This document shows positions 20,034 to 28,749 of a DNA stretch of 58,884 bases, piece by piece. Below the pieces are notes generated by a model, which was not told the DNA's origin, ran no database searches, and worked only from the letters and a program-made list of their open reading frames with translations. The first letter of the stretch is position 1, and each line of letters begins with the position of its first letter. Origin of the DNA: Nocardioides sp. (lineage in GTDB: Bacteria; Actinomycetota; Actinomycetes; Propionibacteriales; Nocardioidaceae); contig NZ_JBJEHY010000036.1 in NCBI RefSeq assembly GCF_051876515.1, forward strand, positions 1 to 58,884, read 5' to 3'. Both the position numbers and the translations under genes were made by a program.

Positions 20034-21307
20034 GCGACACCCTCCTCGGGGCGGGTCAGGCGGATCTGCGCCACGTCGAGGTAGCCGGAGGTGAACCCCG
20101 CCTCGCAGTAGGCCAGGTAGAACTCCCACGTGCGGCGGAACGACTCGTCGAAGCCGAGGACGTCGACCTGCTCCGCGGCCGCGACGAACGCTGCGCGCCA
20201 GCGGCGCAGCGTCTCGGCGTAGTGCTGGCCGAAGGCGTGCACGCGGTCCACCCGCAGGGCGGTGTGGCGCTCGGTCGTCTCCTCGATCGCCCGGACCGAG
20301 GGGATGAGTCCCCCGGGGAAGATGTGCTTCTGGATCCAGCCGTACGACCGGCGCGTGGCCAGGTAGCGGTCGTGGGACATCAGGATCGCCTGCACCGCCA
20401 CCACTCCCCCGGGCGCCAGCAGCCGGTCCAGGGCGGAGAAGTACGTGGGCCAGTACTCCTCGCCGACGGCCTCGACCATCTCGACGCTGACCACGGCGTC
20501 GTACCGGCCGGTGGCCTCGCGGTAGTCCTCCAGCCGTACCTCGACCCGGTCCTCCAGGCCGGCGTCGCGCACCCGCTCGCGGGCGAGCTCGGCCTGCTCG
20601 GTGGAGAGGGTCAGCGTGGTCACCTGCGCCCCGCGGCGTGCCGCCTCGATCGCCAGGGTCCCCCAGCCGGTGCCGATCTCCAGCACCGTGCTCCCCGCGC
20701 GCACCTCGGCCAGGTCGAGCACCGCGTGCACCTTGCGCAGCTGCGCCTCCTCGAACCCCTGGGCAGCGAAGGGCTCGGCGGGGTCGAACAGCGCCGAGCT
20801 GTAGGAGAGCGTGGGGTCGAGGAAGGTGGCGAACAGGTCGTTGCTCAGGTCGTAGTGGGCCTCGATGTTGCGGCGCGACCCGCTGAGCGTGTTGCGCTCG
20901 GCGTCGGGCAGCGGCTGGTCGACGAGACGGCGCAGCCGGGCCAGCGGCCGCGGGACGACGTGGGAGAGGCGCTCGGCGAAGGGCAGCAGGACCTCCGCGA
21001 GGTCGTACCCGTCCCCGGCGCGCCAGTCCCCGGCCGTGTAGCCCTCACCGATCCCGATCTTCGGGTTGTCCGCCAGACGGGCGTACATCGCCTCCGGCCG
21101 CACGATCTGGACCACGCCGCGCAGGGGTCGTACGGCGTTGCCGAGGGTGGAGCCGTCGGGCAGGCGCAGCTCGACCGGCACGCGACCGGCCACCTGGCGC
21201 ATCACGGCGCGGGCGGCACGGGCCCGCAGCCCGCGACGGGACGGCGCCGCGACCTCGGGCCGCGCGCCCGGGAGGGTGTGCTGCTGGGGAACGAGGGTGG
21301 TGCTCAT
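20030..21307 (-). CDS. Cyclopropane-fatty-acyl-phospholipid synthase-like SAM methyltransferase (UfaA1/CfaS type)
   Basis: NIEAHYDLSN, LEIGTGWG, DYR, SVEMVEAVG, HIFPGG, WEFYLAYCEAGF. Confidence 0.9.
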   Translation of the reverse strand: MSTTLVPQQHTLPGARPEVAAPSRRGLRARAARAVMRQVAGRVPVELRLPDGSTLGNAVRPLRGVVQIVRPEAMYARLADNPKIGIGEGYTAGDWRAGDGYDLAEVLLPFAERLSHVVPRPLARLRRLVDQPLPDAERNTLSGSRRNIEAHYDLSNDLFATFLDPTLSYSSALFDPAEPFAAQGFEEAQLRKVHAVLDLAEVRAGSTVLEIGTGWGTLAIEAARRGAQVTTLTLSTEQAELARERVRDAGLEDRVEVRLEDYREATGRYDAVVSVEMVEAVGEEYWPTYFSALDRLLAPGGVVAVQAILMSHDRYLATRRSYGWIQKHIFPGGLIPSVRAIEETTERHTALRVDRVHAFGQHYAETLRRWRAAFVAAAEQVDVLGFDESFRRTWEFYLAYCEAGFTSGYLDVAQIRLTRPEEGVA

Positions 21308-22095
21308 CGGACGGCCTCCTGGGAGTGCGGCGGTCGGGGTTGGACGGGGAGTCGGGAGAGCCACAGCCGGATGCCGTGGAAACGGATGAGGGCGCTGACC
21401 CGGTGGGTCATGCCGAGGTGTCGGGCCCACGTGCGGAGCAGGGTGCGGGAGGTGGCGGGGACCGCACGGCCCCGGGCGGAGGCGGTGAAGACCTCCTGCC
21501 CCTCGCGCACCAGGCGCACCGTGACGCCCACCCGGTCGGGACCGAGCGCGAGCCGCACCCGGTAGGTGCCGGACACGTCGTTGAACGGGGAGACGTAGAA
21601 GGCCTTCTCGACCTCCGCGTTCCCCTCGGCGTCAGGTTCCAGGAGGTACGCGTGCCGCTCGCCGTAGGTGTTGTGGACCTCGAGCACCACCGCCCGCGGC
21701 GTGCCGTCGGGGCGCAGCACCCAGAAGACGGTGAGCGGGTCGAACGCGTACCCCAAGGAGCGGGCGTGGGCGAGCATCAGGACCCGGTCCTCGGTGGCGA
21801 CCTCCACCGACCGGCCGGCGAGCCAGCGCTCCAGGTCACCCCGGATGCCACCGCCGAGCCGGCCCCCGTCGAGGTGGTCCGCGGCGTCGAAGCGGGCCAG
21901 GACCCGCAGTCCGCGGGGCAGGCGCGGGAGGTCGTCGAGGTCGACCAGCCACTGGTAGTGGTCGTGGGTGAAGGCGTAGCGGCGCGGAGTCCTGCGCAGG
22001 TGGCTGACCTGGCCCACCACCAGGGCGGGGACGGTCGGCGGCACCAGGGCCGCCCGGCTGGCGGCGGTCGGCCCGGTCAGGTGCAGCGTGCTCAC
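21304..22095 (-). CDS. DUF1365 protein
   Basis: VSHLRR, GYAFDPLTVFW, EVHNTYGERHAY, KAFYVSPF. Confidence 0.9.
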   Translation of the reverse strand: MSTLHLTGPTAASRAALVPPTVPALVVGQVSHLRRTPRRYAFTHDHYQWLVDLDDLPRLPRGLRVLARFDAADHLDGGRLGGGIRGDLERWLAGRSVEVATEDRVLMLAHARSLGYAFDPLTVFWVLRPDGTPRAVVLEVHNTYGERHAYLLEPDAEGNAEVEKAFYVSPFNDVSGTYRVRLALGPDRVGVTVRLVREGQEVFTASARGRAVPATSRTLLRTWARHLGMTHRVSALIRFHGIRLWLSRLPVQPRPPHSQEAVR

Positions 22096-23375
22096 CAGGC
22101 CACCCCCAGGGAGGCGGCGGCCTCGACACCGGAGCGGCAGCCGTCCTCGTGGAACCCCCACCCGAGGTGGGCTCCGGCGAAGGCGAGGCGCTCGCCCCCG
22201 GCCGCACGGAGCCGCTCGGCGGCCGCGACCGCCTGCGGGGTGAAGACGGGGTGCTCGTAGACCATCTCCGCGACCACCGACCCAGGCGCCACCAGGTCGC
22301 CGCCGTTGAGGGTGACCACGAGGTCCTCGCCCTCGAACCCCTGCAGCCGGTTCATCCAGTACGACACGGTGACGCCGTCGGGCCGCGCGCCCGGGCCGCA
22401 GGTGGTGCGGTGGTTCCACGAGGCGCGGGCACGGGTCGGCGGCAGCAGCGAGGAGTCGCGGTGCAGCTGGGTGCGGTTGACCGAGTAGCCGATCGCCCCG
22501 AGCAGCTCCTTCTCCTCCACCGACGCGTCGGCGAGGAGTCCGAGCGCCTGGTCGGCATGGGTGGCGACCACGACCTGGTCGAACTCCTCGACGTGCCCGT
22601 CGGCCGTGCGGACCTCGACCCCGTCGTGGTGCCGCGTCACGGCGACGACCGGCGCCGAGGTACGGACGTCGGGCAGCGCGGCGGCCAGCTTCTCCACGTA
22701 CGTGCGCGACCCGCCCTCGACCGTACGCCAGGTCGGCGACCCCTTCACGGTGAGCATCCCGTGGTGGTCGAGGAAGCGGAAGAGGTGCCGGGCCGGGTAG
22801 GCCAGCGCGTCCTCCACGCCGGCCGACCACACGCACGAGACGAGCGGCACGGCGAAGTGGTCCACGAAGTAGGCCGACCACCCGCCGGAGGTGAGGAAGT
22901 CGCCCCAGGTGATCGCGTCCGCGACCGGGTCGTCGTCCTCCAGCAGCTCGCGGGCCGCCCGGTGGAACCGCGGCACGTCGGCGAGCATGCGCACGTACCG
23001 GGGGTCGAGGGCGCGCCGGGGCTGGGCCAGGAATCCGGCGGCACCACGGCCGCCGGCGTACGTCAGACCGCACGTGGTGCAGCTGATGCTCATGCTCATC
23101 TCGGTGGCCCGGGTCCGCACCCCCAGCTCGGCGAAGAGGCGGAGCAGCTGGGGGTACGTGCGGTCGTTGTGGACGATGAAGCCGCTGTCCACCGCGACGT
23201 CGCGCTCCCCTGCCGGTCCACCCAGCGGCACGTCGTGGGTGTGGGCGTGCCCGCCGAGACGTCCGTCCTGCTCGAACAGGGTCACCCGACGCGCTCCCGA
23301 GAGCACGTGGGCGGCGGTCAGGCCCGAGACGCCGCCACCGACGACGGCGGCTGTGGGTTCGTGTCGTGCAGTCAT
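22092..23375 (-). CDS. FAD-dependent oxidoreductase (amine-oxidase-like, COG2907 type)
   Basis: VVGGGVSGL, GGHAHT, VDSGFIVHNDRTYP, SWN, YEHP, GFHEDG. Confidence 0.9.
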   Translation of the reverse strand: MTARHEPTAAVVGGGVSGLTAAHVLSGARRVTLFEQDGRLGGHAHTHDVPLGGPAGERDVAVDSGFIVHNDRTYPQLLRLFAELGVRTRATEMSMSISCTTCGLTYAGGRGAAGFLAQPRRALDPRYVRMLADVPRFHRAARELLEDDDPVADAITWGDFLTSGGWSAYFVDHFAVPLVSCVWSAGVEDALAYPARHLFRFLDHHGMLTVKGSPTWRTVEGGSRTYVEKLAAALPDVRTSAPVVAVTRHHDGVEVRTADGHVEEFDQVVVATHADQALGLLADASVEEKELLGAIGYSVNRTQLHRDSSLLPPTRARASWNHRTTCGPGARPDGVTVSYWMNRLQGFEGEDLVVTLNGGDLVAPGSVVAEMVYEHPVFTPQAVAAAERLRAAGGERLAFAGAHLGWGFHEDGCRSGVEAAASLGVAW

Positions 23376-23428
23376 GCGGCTCTCCCGGGTCCTGGTCGAC
23401 CGGCACGTGTTGCCGGCCCCCGATGACG

Positions 23429-23472
23429 ACGCTAGAGTCTTTGTTCAAGGTTTGTCAAAGGTTTGGAGAGGG
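23429..23472 (-). promoter_or_regulatory. Sigma-A promoter overlapped by three 11-bp direct repeats (CarH-type operator)
   Basis: Minus strand TTGACA(23458-23453)-18 bp-TAGCGT(23434-23429); plus-strand repeats TTTGTTCAAGG, TTTGTCAAAGG, TTTGGAGAGGG at 23440-23472. Confidence 0.75.
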
Positions 23473-23474
23473 TT

Positions 23475-23900
23475 ATGAAGATCGAGCGCACCGTCACCTC
23501 GTCGCGCCCCGCGGCGGAGGTCTTCGCCTACCTGAGCGACTTCACGACGACCGAGGAGTGGGACCCCGGTACGATCCGGACGACCCGGGTCTCGGGCGAC
23601 GGCGGGGTCGGCACCGTGTACGCCAACGTCTCGCAGTTCCGCGGCCGCCCGACCGAGCTCACCTACGAGGTCACCCACCTCGAACCCGAGCGCCTGATCC
23701 GCCTGCGCGGCGAGAACCGGACCGTCCTCGCCGAGGACACGATGACCTTCACCCCCACCAGCACCGGAGGAACCGACGTGACCTACACGGCGCAGTTCAC
23801 CCTCAAGGGTGTGGCGCGGCTGGCCGCCCCGTTCCTCGCTGGCGCGTTCCGCGCGCTGGGTGACGAGGCCGAGCAAGGTCTCTGCGCGGCCCTGGCCTGA
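23475..23900 (+). CDS. SRPBCC/polyketide cyclase-like protein
   Basis: VFAYLSDFTTTEEWDPG, GVGTVY, typical C-terminal helix. Confidence 0.85.
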   Translation: MKIERTVTSSRPAAEVFAYLSDFTTTEEWDPGTIRTTRVSGDGGVGTVYANVSQFRGRPTELTYEVTHLEPERLIRLRGENRTVLAEDTMTFTPTSTGGTDVTYTAQFTLKGVARLAAPFLAGAFRALGDEAEQGLCAALA

Positions 23901-23908
23901 GCGGTCCC

Positions 23909-24796
23909 ATGTTCACTATCAAGCGCGCGGCCGAGCTCGTCGGGGTCTCCGAGGCGACCCTGCGCGCCTGGGAACGCCGGTACGGCATCGGCGCCCCGGC
24001 ACGCAGCGAGTCCGGGTACCGCCTGTACGACGACGCGGCAGTGCGCGACCTGACCCGGATGCAGGCGCTGGTCATGGACGGTTGGTCGGCCCGCGAGGCA
24101 GCCGCCGAGGCACTGGCGCTCCGGGACGCGCCGGTCCCCCGCGCCAGCGCGGCAGCGGGGGGCGGGCCGACCGAGCCGGACCTGGGCGCCCTCGCCCGGG
24201 CCGCGACCACCCTGGACGCCCAGGAGCTGGCGCGGCTGCTCGACGAGCGGTTCGCCGGAGGCTCGTTCGAGACCGTCGTCGACTCTTGGCTGCTGCCCGC
24301 GCTCGACCGCCTGGGCGCGGGCTGGGAGGCCGGCGAGCTCACCGTCGCGGGTGAGCACTTCGTCGCCCACGGCGTGACTCGCCGGTTGGCCGCCGCCTAC
24401 GAGGCTGCGGGCGACAACCCGACCGGGCCCCGCGTGCTGATCGGTCTGCCGCCGGGCGCGCGCCACGACCTCGGGCTGCTCAGCTTCGCCACCGCTGCCC
24501 GGCGTGCCGGCCTGTCCACCCGCTACCTGGGCGCCGACGTGCCCGTGGCCGCGTGGGCCCACGCCGCCTCCGACTCGTCGGTCTCAGCGGCCGTGCTGGC
24601 CGTGCCCATGGCCTCCGACGCTCCGGCGCTGGAACGGACGGTGGAGGCCCTCCTGGGCGTACGGCCCGACCTGCTCGTCGCGGTCGGTGGGGCGGCCCAG
24701 GAGCTGGCCCCCGCAGCGTGTCTGCTGCTGGGCCACTCGGTCCCCCGGGCCGCCGCCGAGCTGGTCCTCAGAACTCCACGCGCAGCGCGTCGCTGA
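23909..24796 (+). CDS. carH: MerR-family B12-binding photoreceptor/repressor (CarH/LitR)
   Basis: TLRAWERRYG HTH, GYRLY, W-x9-EH (WEAGELTVAGEH), RHDLG cobalamin His, YLGADVP. Confidence 0.85.
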   Translation: MFTIKRAAELVGVSEATLRAWERRYGIGAPARSESGYRLYDDAAVRDLTRMQALVMDGWSAREAAAEALALRDAPVPRASAAAGGGPTEPDLGALARAATTLDAQELARLLDERFAGGSFETVVDSWLLPALDRLGAGWEAGELTVAGEHFVAHGVTRRLAAAYEAAGDNPTGPRVLIGLPPGARHDLGLLSFATAARRAGLSTRYLGADVPVAAWAHAASDSSVSAAVLAVPMASDAPALERTVEALLGVRPDLLVAVGGAAQELAPAACLLLGHSVPRAAAELVLRTPRAARR

Positions 24797-24833
24797 GCGG
24801 ACGCGCCCGACGTACGCCCAGCTCCCGGAGACG

Positions 24834-24867
24834 ACTCGACCCACCAGCGTCCGCTGGTGGGTCGAGT
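24834..24867. terminator. Perfect 16-bp inverted repeat between convergent genes
   Basis: ACTCGACCCACCAGCG-TC-CGCTGGTGGGTCGAGT. Confidence 0.7.
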
Positions 24868-24870
24868 GGG

Positions 24871-24905
24871 TGGGCGCGCGTGGGCGCGCGTGGGCGCGCG
24901 TGGGC
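24871..24905. repeat. 10-bp tandem repeat x3.5
   Basis: TGGGCGCGCG three times plus TGGGC. Confidence 0.9.
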
Positions 24906-25667
24906 TCAGCGCTTGAGGAACGCCTTGATCAGCGCCTGGGACTCCTCGGTGGAGACGCTGGCGGCGATGGTGCGCGCCTCGTCGGCACCGATCTCCTCGC
25001 GGGTACGGTCGGCGCTGCCGCGGATCAGGCGGCGGGCCTGGCCCAGCGCGAGGGCGGGACCGGCGGCGAACGTGGCAGCGACCTGCGCAGCACGCTCGGC
25101 GGCGGCCTCGTCGACCTCCGCGACCAGGCCCCAGTCGAGGGCCTGCTCGGCCGACAGCGGCTTGCCGAGCAGCGCGAACTGCAGCGCACGCTGCTGGCCG
25201 ACCGCACGCGGCAGCAGGTACGAGACCCCGCAGTCCGGCGTGGCGCCGATGCCCGGGTAGGCGAAGACGAACTTCGTCCCGGGCTCGGAGATCACCACGT
25301 CGGCGGCCAGCATGAGACCGAGACCGGCACCCGCGACGGCACCCTGGACGACCGAGACGACCGGCTTGGCGAGCGAGGCGAGGTGGCGGAACGCCGCGTC
25401 GAGCTCGGTGGCCAGGACCAGCAGGTAGTCCGACGGCTCGGGGGCGTCCACGAAGGACGCCACGTCGCCGCCCGCGCAGAACCGCTTGCCGGCGCCGCTG
25501 ACCAGCACCACGCGGACGCTGTCGTCGCCGTCGGCCTTCACCACGGCGGCCGCGAACTCACGGGCCGTGGGCAGGTCGAAGGCGTTGGCCGCCTCGGGAC
25601 GGTTGACGGTGATGTGCCCGACGCCGTCGGCGACGGAGAACGTGACGAGGGAGGTATCCGCAGCCAT
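24906..25667 (-). CDS. Enoyl-CoA hydratase/isomerase
   Basis: NRPEAANA, FCAGGD, GAVAGAG, PDCG. Confidence 0.9.
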   Translation of the reverse strand: MAADTSLVTFSVADGVGHITVNRPEAANAFDLPTAREFAAAVVKADGDDSVRVVLVSGAGKRFCAGGDVASFVDAPEPSDYLLVLATELDAAFRHLASLAKPVVSVVQGAVAGAGLGLMLAADVVISEPGTKFVFAYPGIGATPDCGVSYLLPRAVGQQRALQFALLGKPLSAEQALDWGLVAEVDEAAAERAAQVAATFAAGPALALGQARRLIRGSADRTREEIGADEARTIAASVSTEESQALIKAFLKR

Positions 25668-25669
25668 CG

Positions 25670-26848
25670 TCAGACCCGCTTCAGCAGGGCCGCGAGCGCC
25701 TGGCCGCCACCGATGCACATGGTGACGATGCCGTACTCGAGGTCGTTGCGAACCATGGTCTTGGCCGCGCGGACCGTCAGGATCGCGCCGGTCGCACCGA
25801 CCGGGTGGCCCAGCGCGATCGCGCCGCCGTACGGGTTGACCTGGTCGGCCGAGAGGCCGGCGTCGCGCGCCACGGCCACGGCCTGCGAGGCGAACGCCTC
25901 GTTGAGCTCGATCGTGCCGATGTCGGCCGGGGTGAGGCCGGTGCGCTCGAAGAGGTCCTTGAGCGCGAGCACCGGGGCGTAACCCATGAGTTCGGGCTCC
26001 ATCGCGCCGGTGGAGACGGCCTCGATGGAGACCAGCGGCGTCAGGCCGTGCTCGGCGGCGGCGGCCTCGGTGGCCAGGACCACGGCGCCGGCGCCGTCGT
26101 TGATGCCCGAGGCGTTGCCGGCGGTGACGGAGCCGTCCTTCACGAACGCGGCGCGCAGGCCACCGAGGGTCTCCATCGTGGTGCCGGGCTTGGGGTGCTC
26201 GTCGACCTCGACCGTGTACGGCTTGCGGCCGCCCACCTCGACGGGGGTGATCTCCTCGGCGAACGCCGCCTTGGCCTCGTCGGTGGCGGCGCGACGCTGC
26301 GACTCGACGGCGAACTCGTCCTGCTCGGTACGGCTCACGCCGTACTTGGAGGCGACGTTCTCCGCGGTGACGCCCATGTGCTTGTTGCTGAACGGGTCGG
26401 TGAGCATGCCGACGGTGCCGTCGACCAGGGCGCGGTCGCCGAGCTTGTAGCCGTTGCGGGCACCGAAGTCGAGGAACGGCATCCGGCTCATCGACTCGTC
26501 GCCGCCGGCGACGGTGAAGTCCAGGTTGTTCCAGCGCATCTCCATCGCGGCCGACCAGATGGCCTGCAGGCCCGAGCCGCACAGGCGGTTGACCGTGTAC
26601 GCGGGCACGTTGGTGGGCAGACCGGCGGCGAGCGCGACGCGGCGGGCGTTGTACCCGTCGGGGCCGACCTGGCCGATCTGGCCCATGACGACCTCGCGGA
26701 CCTGCTCGCCGCTCACGCCGGCGCGGCTCAGGGCGGCGGTCACCGCGGTGGCGCCGAGCTCGTGGGCGGGGACGTCCTTCAACGTCCCGCCGAAGCTGCC
26801 GACCGGCGTACGCGCGCCGTCGACGATGACGATCTTCTGCTCACTCAT
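25670..26848 (-). CDS. Acetyl-CoA acetyltransferase (thiolase)
   Basis: NRLCGSG, NEAFA, GHPVG, MCIGGGQ. Confidence 0.95.
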   Translation of the reverse strand: MSEQKIVIVDGARTPVGSFGGTLKDVPAHELGATAVTAALSRAGVSGEQVREVVMGQIGQVGPDGYNARRVALAAGLPTNVPAYTVNRLCGSGLQAIWSAAMEMRWNNLDFTVAGGDESMSRMPFLDFGARNGYKLGDRALVDGTVGMLTDPFSNKHMGVTAENVASKYGVSRTEQDEFAVESQRRAATDEAKAAFAEEITPVEVGGRKPYTVEVDEHPKPGTTMETLGGLRAAFVKDGSVTAGNASGINDGAGAVVLATEAAAAEHGLTPLVSIEAVSTGAMEPELMGYAPVLALKDLFERTGLTPADIGTIELNEAFASQAVAVARDAGLSADQVNPYGGAIALGHPVGATGAILTVRAAKTMVRNDLEYGIVTMCIGGGQALAALLKRV

Positions 26849-26906
26849 GAGCGTGTTCTCCTTGAATCTGTGCGGCGGTCCCCGGCAAGGATATCCGTGA
26901 TCAGGA

Positions 26907-27836
26907 TTAGGGCTGACGCAGCATGTCCGCGAACCGGGCGTGCATGTCCGCGGACGCCTCGTCGCAGGCCGGGGCCAGGCGTCCCATCTCGGTGAAGCCG
27001 TGCACGAGGCCGTCGTAGCGCACCGCGTCCACGCGCACCCCCGCCGCCTGCAGCGCGGCGGCGTACGCCTCCCCCTCGTCGCGCAGCGGGTCGAACTCGG
27101 CGGTCACCACGACGGCGGCCGGCAGGCCGGTGAGGTCGCCCGCGATCGGCGAGAGGCGCGGGTCGTCGGCGTCGATCCCCGACTCGTCGGGCAGGTACAT
27201 GCGGCGGTACCAGCTCATCTGGGAGATCTCCAGGCCGTACCCGCTGCCGTTGGCGCGGCGCGATTCGTACCGCCGGCGGCCGTGGTCGACCAGCGGGTAG
27301 ACGAGGAGCTGCGCAGTGATCCGGTCGCGGTACGCCTGCGCGACCACCGCGGCCAGGTTGCCGCCGGCGGAGTCGCCTGCCACCCCCACGACGTCGGAGC
27401 CGCCGAGCTCGTCGAGGTGGTCGAGCACCCACGCGGTGGCCGTCAGGGAGTCCTCCACGCCGGCCGGGAACGGGCGTTCGGGGGCCAGCCCGTACGCCAC
27501 GCTCACCACGACCGAGCCGGTGTCGCGGCACAGCCGCCGGATCGTGTGGTCGTAGGAGTCCAGGTCGCCGACCACGAACCCGCCGCCGTGCAGGTGCACG
27601 ATCGTGGGCACCGGGGCCGAGGAGTCCTCCAGCAGCGGCCGGAAGACGCGGGCCGGCACGCCGCCGGCGTCGACGTCGACGACCTCGGCCACCTCGGGGC
27701 GCCGGGAGTCCGGGTGCAGGTAGGCCGTGGAGGCCGCCAGCGTCGCGCGTGCCTGCTCGGCGGTGGGCTCCACCTCGGGCACCGGGGTGGCGCGCATGAG
27801 GACGAGCATGTTCTCGATGTCGGGATCGACGGGCAT
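26907..27836 (-). CDS. HSL-family alpha/beta hydrolase
   Basis: HGGGF, GDSAGG, DPLRDEG, HGF. Confidence 0.92.
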   Translation of the reverse strand: MPVDPDIENMLVLMRATPVPEVEPTAEQARATLAASTAYLHPDSRRPEVAEVVDVDAGGVPARVFRPLLEDSSAPVPTIVHLHGGGFVVGDLDSYDHTIRRLCRDTGSVVVSVAYGLAPERPFPAGVEDSLTATAWVLDHLDELGGSDVVGVAGDSAGGNLAAVVAQAYRDRITAQLLVYPLVDHGRRRYESRRANGSGYGLEISQMSWYRRMYLPDESGIDADDPRLSPIAGDLTGLPAAVVVTAEFDPLRDEGEAYAAALQAAGVRVDAVRYDGLVHGFTEMGRLAPACDEASADMHARFADMLRQP

Positions 27837-27909
27837 GCGCGGAATCTAGCCGTCCACGCCCGGCCACGGGTGCACGGGCACCCGGCAGGCGGTCAGTAGC
27901 CTGAGCACC

Positions 27910-28413
27910 ATGAGCCCCGAGCGCGACCCGATCCGCGAGGCGCACCGCCAGTGGGTGCGCCACGGGTGGGACGACGCCGCCGACGGGATGGCGATGGTGA
28001 CCTCGGTGGTCCGCGCCCACCAGCTGCTCATGGAGCGCGTCGAGGGCGTGCTGCGCCCCCGCGACCTCACGTTCGCCCGGTACGAGATCCTGCGACTGCT
28101 GTCGTTCACCAAGGAGCGGAGCCTGCCGATGACCCGGCTCGGGTCGCTGCTGCAGGTGCACCCCACCTCGGTGACCAGCGCGGTGGACCGCCTGGTCAGG
28201 CAGGGCTTCGTGGAGCGCGAGCGCGGCACCGCCGACCGGCGCGTCATCCTGGCCACCCTCACCCCGGCGGGCGCCGAGGTGGTCGAGGAGGCCACGGTGG
28301 CCCTCAACAGCGAGGTCTTCGAGAAGCCCGGGCTGGAGCCCGACGAGGTGCTCGGCCTCACCGGTCTGCTGGGGGCGTTGCGCGCCTCGGGCGGCGACCA
28401 CGTGTCGGACTGA
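27910..28413 (+). CDS. MarR-family regulator
   Basis: LTFARYEILRLL, LQVHPTSVTSAVDRL, DRR..LATLTPAG. Confidence 0.9.
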   Translation: MSPERDPIREAHRQWVRHGWDDAADGMAMVTSVVRAHQLLMERVEGVLRPRDLTFARYEILRLLSFTKERSLPMTRLGSLLQVHPTSVTSAVDRLVRQGFVERERGTADRRVILATLTPAGAEVVEEATVALNSEVFEKPGLEPDEVLGLTGLLGALRASGGDHVSD

Positions 28414-28427
28414 CGGACCCGACCCCG

Positions 28428-28464
28428 TAAATCGGTTGGCCGGGCGCCCCTGCCCCGGTAACTT
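28428..28464 (+). promoter_or_regulatory. Putative rtcB promoter with AT-rich element before -35 (WhiB7/WblC-like)
   Basis: TAAAT(28428-32)-CGG-TTGGCC(28436-41)-17 bp-TAACTT(28459-64). Confidence 0.6.
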
Positions 28465-28513
28465 CCTCGGCGACACCGCGCGGCCGCACCGGCCGCCGAC
28501 GAAGGGACACCCC

Positions 28514-28606
28514 GTGCAGCAGTTCAGGAGCACCACCAGCGAGCGCCCCGAGCGCTGCTCGCTGCGCCCCGGCCTGCTCCGGCTCCTCCCCCAGCACCGT
28601 CGTTAG
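28514..28606 (+). CDS. Putative 30-aa leader peptide (uORF) of rtcB
   Basis: GAAGGGA RBS, GTG start, MQQFRSTTSERPERCSLRPGLLRLLPQHRR*. Confidence 0.6.
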   Translation: MQQFRSTTSERPERCSLRPGLLRLLPQHRR

Positions 28607-28628
28607 CCCGTCACGGGCCACGTACGTC

Positions 28629-28680
28629 GGGCCGCTGCGGGCGAGGAGTTCACCTCGCCGGCAGCGGCCCTTCGCATTTC
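28629..28680 (+). terminator. Attenuator terminator in the rtcB leader
   Basis: GGGCCGCTGC-GG-GCGAGG-AGTTCA-CCTCGC-CG-GCAGCGGCCC followed by TTCGCATTTC. Confidence 0.7.
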
Positions 28681-28713
28681 CCACCCAGACTCACGCCGAG
28701 GAGGCGAGACACC

Positions 28714-28749
28714 ATGACCACCCCCATGACCACCCCCATGACCACCCCC
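28714..28749 (+). repeat. 12-bp tandem repeat x3 at the rtcB start (MTTP x3)
   Basis: ATGACCACCCCC three times. Confidence 0.9.

Noticed and set aside
24871-24905. 10-bp tandem repeat as a phase-variation switch
   Set aside because: It lies between convergent stop codons, outside promoters and ORFs.
28414-28713. tRNA or Y-RNA upstream of rtcB
   Set aside because: No cloverleaf or T-loop GTTCRA in proper context and no Ro/TROVE gene; the uORF plus terminator explains the region better.
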